DNA of 62,546 bases, the filler included, from Collodictyon triciliatum (lineage: Eukaryota), in assembly GCA_043381765.1 (NCBI GenBank). It is 7 parts of 7 records of this genome, joined end to end, with 100 filler letters (N's around TTAATTAATTAA, not from the genome) between each part and the next. Parts side by side here need not be neighbours in the genome. Positions count along the whole stretch, not along the records: positions 54,797 to 62,546 come from JBHJMP010002870.1; 6 more parts are not named here. The stretch is one strand, 5' to 3'. Below the pieces are notes generated by a model. The model did no database searches and was not told the origin of the DNA. It saw only the letters and a list, made by a program, of their open reading frames with translations. Below, one piece after another: positions 54,880-62,546 of this stretch. Position 1 is the first letter of the stretch. Each line of letters begins with the position of its first letter. The translations under genes were made by a program, and so were the position numbers.

Positions 54880-57574
54880 CCCTCCAGCCTTGGTGCGTTC
54901 ATTTTCAAGGGCAAAAATAAAGCCCCTTGTTCAACCAGAGGATCAAGTCGATAAAAATACTGGGAGATGTGGATTGGTCAATCTAGGAAATACATGTTAC
55001 ATGAATTCAGTCCTTCAGGTGCTTTGGTATGATGCTCTATAGGTTCAGAGCACAAAGCTTTCTCTCCTTTTTTTTTTCTTCTCTGCCTATATGTATTGAT
55101 AAACTTCACATCATCTTTAGGCATCATTATTGTCTTTCTATAAGAAAATAATTCATATAGCCGTCATTTGGAGTCACTAGTAACTTTTTTTTTTTTTTTG
55201 CAGCCACTCGGATACTTTACGCGAGTTCCTTTTTCGCCATAAAATCGATGTTAATTCCATTCATGGGACAGAGAAAGAGAGTAATATACACTCTAGCCCC
55301 ACGGAAGCTCCAGCCAGTCCCTCTTTAGCATCTTCGAGAAAGCCGAGGTCTCGCGTCACAAAGAAAACTTCTCTTGTAATTCCAACAGAGATTCACAAGC
55401 AGTATGTTTCTCAAAACGATTGTGATAAAATAACTGACATTCTTTCTGCCATCTTTCTTGAGCCATTTTTCTCCCATTTGTTCGGTTTCGAGTAATTCTT
55501 CCGCTTAATCTGATATTTTGTAACCATTAATATTATTATCATCAAGTCCAGTTAGCCATAACTTTTCAAAACAATATGACATATCGACAGGCTTCTTACG
55601 TATGAACTAAGAGGTGTATTTCACGCTATGTGGTATGGAAAAACATCTTCTTTTGCTCCAGAGTCATTCTTAGCTGCAATATGGGCACTAATTCCTGCGT
55701 TTCGCGGCTATTCTCAGCAGGTTTAATGTGAATTAACTTCGACAGAACCATACATTTATGAATCCATATGCAGCTAAATATATTTAGAGATATGAAACAA
55801 TTATTCACTTTGAGAACCCTACGAAGGATGCTCAAGAGTTTCTTCACTATGTGCTGGATAGGCTGCAATCCGAAGGTGTCGAGACAGTATTTCCTTTACA
55901 AAAGATTGATTTATCGCCAGAGGACAAAAATGCTGGATATATCATGCGACAGATATTCTGCGGAAAATTGTGCAGTGTGGTAACATTCATGATTCTTATC
56001 CCAAATATGTGCCCTAGTTCTAAAAAAGATAAACAAACAAATGAATTTTTTTTAAAAAAAAAATACATTAGAATCAAATGCATTAACTAATTCAAGGTAA
56101 TCTGCATCACATTGATGCATTTGTGAGGCTTTTTTTTTCATAAAAATGCATGTATAGGTTACATGCTCCAGCTGTAAAAATAATTCATCTAAAGAGGAGA
56201 CCTTTTTTGGTAAATGATACAAACCTACCTAGCACACTGCAAAATACTAGTATTTTCTTTATTGTTTTGGTCTTGCATTGATTGACGGTTGATTTCCCTC
56301 ATTGTCTATTTTTACAGACTTGTCAGTCCCTATGCCAGAAGAGTTTTCCTCCGCCAATAAACGAAAACGACCAAATATTGGAGAATGCAGTCTCGCCGGT
56401 AACGCATTTAAATTCGTCTTTTAATTTATTATGTTAAAGAGAGCTTTAAAATCGATCTTTAAATTAATTAAGCTGGAATCATCGCTACTGCAAATGTAAC
56501 TTTTTTTTTGTTTTGTTTGTTTGTTTGTTTGACAGATTGCCTAAAGCTATTCACCGAAACAGAAGAACTCTCTGGTTCCAACAAGTATTATTGTGAAAAA
56601 TGCAGTGGATATCAAGATGCATCCAAGAAAATAATTTTATCGTCTCTTCCAAAGGTTGATATAGCACCATGGCTTATTTTTTTTTCATTATTATATGCTT
56701 CATCATTTTATTCCAGTTTTTCTATCTCTTAAGACCACAACACTTATTAAAATGATCCTCCAGAATTTTTGTCTCCATATTAAAAGATTTGGTGGATATG
56801 GGGTTAGGCGCTCAAAAATTGGTATGCATCAAACTGTAGTGCGCAAAATAAATCTTATCATGAAGCAAGCAAAAAAATATATATTTTCCTAACAATGATA
56901 GAAAGGTTGAGAAAGAGCACATAGCGATGCCACTAACTTTACATCCAATTGATGCTGCTCGATAAACTATACAATTTATATGACGTACTTTAAAATAATG
57001 TAGACACTTGGATAAAATTCCCTCTACGCGGATTGGATTTTAAACTCTTCAGCTCAGCAAAAATGAATACAATATACGATTGTTATGGGGTTGTTTGTCA
57101 TTCTGGTTCAGGGTATAGATATGGCTCAATTATGTATTCATGTTTACCATGTGTGGATGTATCGTCTTTGAAAGCTATGTTAAAACCACTTGTTTCAATT
57201 TTCTGACCTACACTCTCACAATAGACTGGGTTCTGGCCATTACACCTCATACGTCTATAACCACCCATCAAGTACCTTATCTATTTTCAATTAACAGGAC
57301 TTTAGCTGTATTATCGCCTTTATTTGCTACACCATATCCAAACGATACGGTCATATTTATTTTCATTCGTGTAACGGATTTAGATGAATGGCTTTTTTTC
57401 AACGATAAGACTGTGAAGAATGTCACTGAAGAGCAAGTCGTGACCGCGCAGGCCTACATCCTATTTTATCGGCGACGCCCGACATATAGTGCTACTTCTG
57501 TTTCCAATATTCTGGACATCTTGAAGCAAGAGGAGTTGGAAACAATCCGACGAGGGTTCCAGGCGGTTGAGTGA
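54880..57574 (+). CDS. Ubiquitin-specific protease (peptidase C19; USP3/44/49-like), 5' truncated
   Basis: Cys box GLVNLGNTCYMNSVLQ; GYSQQ|DAQEF; CSSC...YYCEKC; LHIKRF; His box VVCHSG..GSGHYTSY; WLFFND; QAYILFYRR. Confidence 0.95.
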
Positions 57575-58100
57575 TGCGGGGTAGGGCATTAGTCAGAAGA
57601 ATAATGATTTTAAACTTATAAAAGCTGCGGGAGGATAAGGACAGGGATATAAATGCCAGCGATGAATGAGGAATTTTAATAAATAAATCGTCTAATTTAC
57701 GAATAATGAAATGCGTGCTTAAAGACAAACACACGCTTCTTTTTCTTCTTCTTCACAGTATCTCAAAGCTTACTCGACAAGACAAAGATATGATGACCCT
57801 ATTTCCATTCATCAACACAGATTGTAAGAACCCAAAAATCCATTTCTATAAGTTACAAATATCAGCCCATGATTATATTCTCTCTTTTTTTCAGGAAAAA
57901 GGCCTTAATGATGTGGGAGTTAGATTTAATCTTAAATGCAGTGCATAAAAAAAAATTCCTTTTTTTCCTCTCTTCGGAAAGGATTTTTATGAAGCCACTA
58001 CGGCGACATCGACGATTCTGTGGTTGATGTTTGAAACTTTTTGGGGGAAGAATATGTCATGTTGCATGTGGTGTGATTCGGTGGTCTCTTTGCGTAGAAA

Positions 58101-58896
58101 TCAGAGAGAAAACACTCTCTCCACAAAGGCTTTGTAGTTGATAGTCGAGCTGTTTCCAGGTGCTGTAGCCTCGATGAACGGCTGAATATTGGCTCTGTAG
58201 AGCGGGTCTTGGAAGGCTTCGTTGCTGCTTAGAATGAATTCCATGTCGGACAATGGTATGCGCCCGTCGTTGCACTTGTCAAAGATAAGAAAAAGCTCGA
58301 GAACCGCCTCTTTGGCTGCGACACGAAGAAGGTATGAAACAATCTGCGTTTGGGACCATGGGAAAAGAGGAACTTCAACACTAACTCTGAAAAAAAAAAC
58401 ATGCAGATATTACACATATATGTAAAGGGAGGAGATGTAGAGGTACACAAAAGAAAAAGAAAAAAAAAGAAACAAAACATATTCCGTACCGATAGGAATG
58501 TCGGCAGGTAAATCTCAGTGTCTGTTGTTGCATTTGATGCATTTTTGGCTGCAGTCAAGGTTGCATCCTTGAAGACTACGGATGCGGCAGTCAGGGCCTC
58601 TTTGAGCTTCGGCTCTGGCAGAGTCAGCGCCCCCTTTGAAGACTTGTTGAAGAAGTCAGTGTATGCAATGACCTCATCTGGGCTAAGGATATCCTCCTAT
58701 ACTCACGAAATCCAGTCAGTGTGCCGTTTCCTCATCGTCATTATGATTGTCATCGTTACCATCAAGTATTTGTATGTATTTGAGCAGCCTCTGGTAAGTG
58801 AGTCAGTCCTCGAGCAAGAGACACTCGGAAATAAAAAATAAGGCTGTCATTAAAAGAAAAAAGAAGAAGCCAAGAGGCACTCACCCATTGAACCAT
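58101..58896 (-). CDS. Degenerate calmodulin/myosin-light-chain-like four-EF-hand protein; may extend further 5'
   Basis: MVQW|EDILSPDEVIAYTDFF...EIYLPTFLS|IVS...ELFLIFDKCNDGRIPLSDMEFIL...STINYKAFVERVFSL*. Confidence 0.7.
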
Positions 58897-60443
58897 TTTA
58901 TATCCTTGTAATATTATGGCCTTTGCTGCTGCCCTTGCGTCTTTCGATCCTTTCGAAGGAGTCTAATAAAACATGTGTTTGTTTTATATATATAAAAAAG
59001 AGTAAAAATATTATCAAAAAGAAAAGGGAGCAGAATAACAGCTTCGTTGGAAGAGACTCTTTTGTGACACACAGGCCAGACGCAAGTATGTGCCTTGTCT
59101 CTTTCTCATTCAACTATGCTGCAAACTAAACACCCCAAAAATACTTGTTTCCCGAGCCACTTCGCCCAAAGTCAGCCCGCGACCGATTGGCGATCCAGCT
59201 TTTGCTCTGCTTGAAAGTTTGACACTTTGTCTTATCTGTCGATTCAGAGACCCTTTGGCTGATTCTCTTTGTACAAAAACGACAGACAAACGTTGGTTGA
59301 ACCTTCTTCCCCGGCCGATTCAGAGAATGGCACCAAAAAAACAAACAAATAGAAAACAATAATACAAATGATGTTGATAATAATAAATGTTGTTTCGGTG
59401 CCCTAACAAAAAAAAATATTGCGATATATAAAGATGATGTTATATTTATCTATATAGTTCGATAAATATAATATCAATAGAAAGAAAAAAAAAACGAAAA
59501 AATACGCATATATAGCGTGGGGTGCTTCCTTTCCCCCAAGGCAGATAGCAAACTGTCACTTGATGCCAGTACAGAAAAATGGTACGAGCTACCAAAAGAA
59601 ATCAGATAATGTGAATCAGAAAAGGGAGCGCAGTCAGTGATGGGTTGTCTCTGGCCACAGGGATGGGTAGGAAAGTTTCGATGACGCAAGAGCCAGGAAG
59701 ACGAGGACAAGAATGCACAAAGCGGAGCGGGATGTTAATTCACACGCGATTCAGGGCAGACTTGGAGCTGGCTTTTCAGTTCCAGGAATCATCCATGCGC
59801 CTAGGTTTGACTTTGGCACTGGCGAGAGGTTTTGGTGCTGCACGCCATGAACATTTGATGTTTCCCCCATTTATTCGATTCAAAGCCCTGAACATTTGAT
59901 ATGAACCCATGTTATCTATGTTTAAGTTACTGTTGTGGAGGCTGCAATCCGGAATGGTTGATGAGGGTGTTGAGCATCGAAAGAGTCGCGCGTCGGAGTG
60001 TATTTGTCGCTCACCCTCAAGTTTGTGGCATTTCGTCAAATGTTTCTGTAGATAATTACTTTGCACAGCAGAATTGATAATCTTCACATAACTGCGAAAA
60101 TAAATAAATAAAAATATGGCGGTGCCAAAGCAAAGCCCTGTCATTGGAATTTGCATGCGGTTATTAAGGTTTCTCTCTCCTTTCATCCCAAATAATTAAA
60201 ATATTGGAATCCTTTTGCCTTTCATTTACTGCCGACAAATATGATGCATAGTTCTGCCTCACCACATCGCATCTATGCACATGAACACATATACACATAA
60301 ACACATGAAGTCAGAGAATTGAGTTGACGAATTCTTTGGTCTCGTCAGTATCGCAAGCATTTACTACTTCCCAGCGTCCGAGTCATTTTATGAAGCATTC
60401 TGGTCGTTCAGGTATGGACTCAAAAGTTTGCCTATTCCCGAAG

Positions 60444-62282
60444 TTACATGCGTGAAAATGGCGTTTGGGTCATAGCATTGAAAAGGTCGTCAGAGATGAG
60501 CATTGCCGAATTCCACAGGGCCACTTGGTTAAGCGAATCAGTCACCGGGTGGTCTCGGGCATACAACAAAGATGTTTTGATACCCTGGAAATGAGCAATA
60601 AAAATGCAAAATTAATAGGCACATCAATCTATTATTCAAGTAAAAAAGTGTCATTCTTATATTCAGCAGATTTTTAGAGAAAAAGAATGATAAAATTGAT
60701 TGTGGCATGTTTTACAGATGCTAATAAGTTATGTGATATTGTGTATGGTTCATTTTCAAAAGCCTTAGTAAGGTGCATGTGGTTAAATGATGAGGAAAAG
60801 GCACAGTGATTGCGAGAGCGGACTTGGATGCAATCAACTTGGCCACAGCTGCTGCGTGACTCATCATTGTTTCTTTGTTCTCAAAGACTTGGTTTACAAG
60901 ACCTATGGTATTAATGTAGAAAAAGCCGATTATTAAAGTTTGAGAGAGCATGGTGTCAGATTTTCAATCTATTTTCTAGTTTTTACATCAGCGATTTTTT
61001 CACTCACCAATTTTTTCTGCCTCAACAGCGTCAAACTTTCGGCCAGTGTAACATAGTTCGTATGTCTTCCCAGACGGGATTACTTTTGGGAGGCGCTGAA
61101 GAGTACCTATGAAACACATAAACGCGCAGATGCACCATCATACATACAAATTCCTAGTAATAAATGATGAATTCAAAATGTAGAGGTATGAACCAATCAT
61201 TTGGGACAGACCAACGTCTGCGGTAATGGCCAAGTCGATCTCCTTAACAGAAAAGAAGGCGTCCTTTGAAAATATACAATATTTTAATATGTAATTCAAT
61301 GACGATATAAGATGACAGTCTTATTTCTGAGACTATTGATATATACATTTAAAAAAGCATCCCCTAATGCAATTTGAATACTACATATCTAAAAGTAAAT
61401 TTGTTTCCTGTACATCTTGACATACTTCGAAACATTCCTCATCACCCCTCAAGTTGAATTGTATACCTTGCTACAAAATCTGAAGCAACAAGCAGTTATC
61501 ATGTCGATTCCACCTCCGTAGCAAGCTCCGTGAATTGCGGCAATCACCTATGGTGGAATTTTGAAAGAGCACACGAGTCAAGATATATGTCCTTTTTTTT
61601 TTTTTTATCAGTAAATGAGGTTGACTTGCGTAATGATAAAGGCTTGAGATATTCAAGAATAAAGATACTTTTTCAAAATTTTATGTTGAAAATAGAAACA
61701 AACTGGCTTCTTGCATCTTTCTATCGCAGTGAAGGCATCCTTTGATGTCCAATTTAATATATTTGAATTTGAAGGAGTTGATAAAGTGTCAAGTGCTAGT
61801 TAATCGTCAATTTCTCATGTATAGTAGTGACAAACTCACCACTTTTTTTTTTTTAAAAAAAAAAAAATTCGAAAGCCTAATATCAAAGGCAAAGTTGTAA
61901 TTACCTGCATTGTTGTGATGAGACGATAGAGGGCCAGGCGTTTCTTTCCTTCGCATGTTTCATCTCCAAAATTCAAGGGGGAATCATCCAAGCTCAATCC
62001 TGTGTAAGGTCAGATGATTCATCTTAATCTTAAATGCTCCGGAATTGTCTATCTTTTTGGTTTCTTTTCAAGAAAATGGGCTTTAATCTCGCTTTAATTT
62101 ATAAAGCATATTGAATGTCTGTGGGGTTTTGCTAGTTTGAAAAAAAAAAACAATCACAAGAAATTCAATACGTTGGCAAGTTATGCTATAAGATATGCAA
62201 ACCTGCAGTAAAGTTTTTTCCTTCTCCACTAAGGACAATTACCTTGACCGCAGGTTCTTGGCCGGCCCAATCAAACACCTCT
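60444..62282 (-). CDS. ECH1: Peroxisomal delta(3,5)-delta(2,4)-dienoyl-CoA isomerase (crotonase family); 5' end not identified within the window
   Basis: VIVLSGEGKNFTAG; DAFTAIERCKKP|VIAAIHGACYGGGIDMITAC; FSVKEIDLAITADVG|TLQRLPKVI; LLYARDHPV..SL..VALWN; PTS1 -SRM*. Confidence 0.93.
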
Positions 62283-62425
62283 CTTATAACCGAGTGCGCA
62301 ATTAACATCATAATTGTGAAAAGTCAACATTATGGCATCACATAAAGTAGGGCCAGCCTCAAAACGAAGAATAAATAGGAAAATAAAAACAATTCTTTTA
62401 TTCCTTAGAATTATGCAAGATGATG

Positions 62426-62546
62426 GATACAGATACAGATACAGATACAGATACAGATACAGATACAGATACAGATACAGATACAGATACAGATACAGAT
62501 ACAGATACAGATACAGATACAGATACAGATAAAGATAAAGATACAG
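62426..62546. repeat. (GATACA)n microsatellite
   Basis: Direct observation. Confidence 0.95.

Noticed and set aside
59143-59260. In-frame TGA in a minus-strand frame (…SVAG*LWAKW…) suggesting selenocysteine or recoding
   Set aside because: Another frame is open and splices in phase at GGG|GTGTTT. TAA, TAG and TGA all serve as normal stops in conserved genes here.

Overview
Intron-rich nuclear DNA from a eukaryote, probably a flagellated protist (it has DNAAF5). It uses the standard genetic code and has GT-AG introns with very loose consensus and abundant microsatellites. The window is not one locus: seven separate scaffolds are joined by an artificial N44-TTAATTAATTAA-N44 linker, so neighbourhoods across linkers mean nothing. 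Manual splicing recovers folliculin, DNAAF5, EMC10, ELOF1/Elf1, a CTL/SLC44 3' end, PEX5, an HMG-box protein, a two-zinc-finger protein, MTMR14, a USP deubiquitinase, a degenerate calmodulin-like EF-hand protein, peroxisomal ECH1 and several orphan genes. Two membrane proteins stand out. (1) A large receptor/channel-like protein has two tandem bacterial-type PstS phosphate-binding domains (one intact, one degenerate), a Cys-rich stalk and a ~9-TM TRP-like membrane domain. It is a candidate extracellular phosphate sensor. (2) A STRA6-like protein is fused to a signal peptide and an MRH (mannose-6-phosphate-receptor homology) domain. All family calls come from motif recognition by eye, and exon boundaries are hand-derived.
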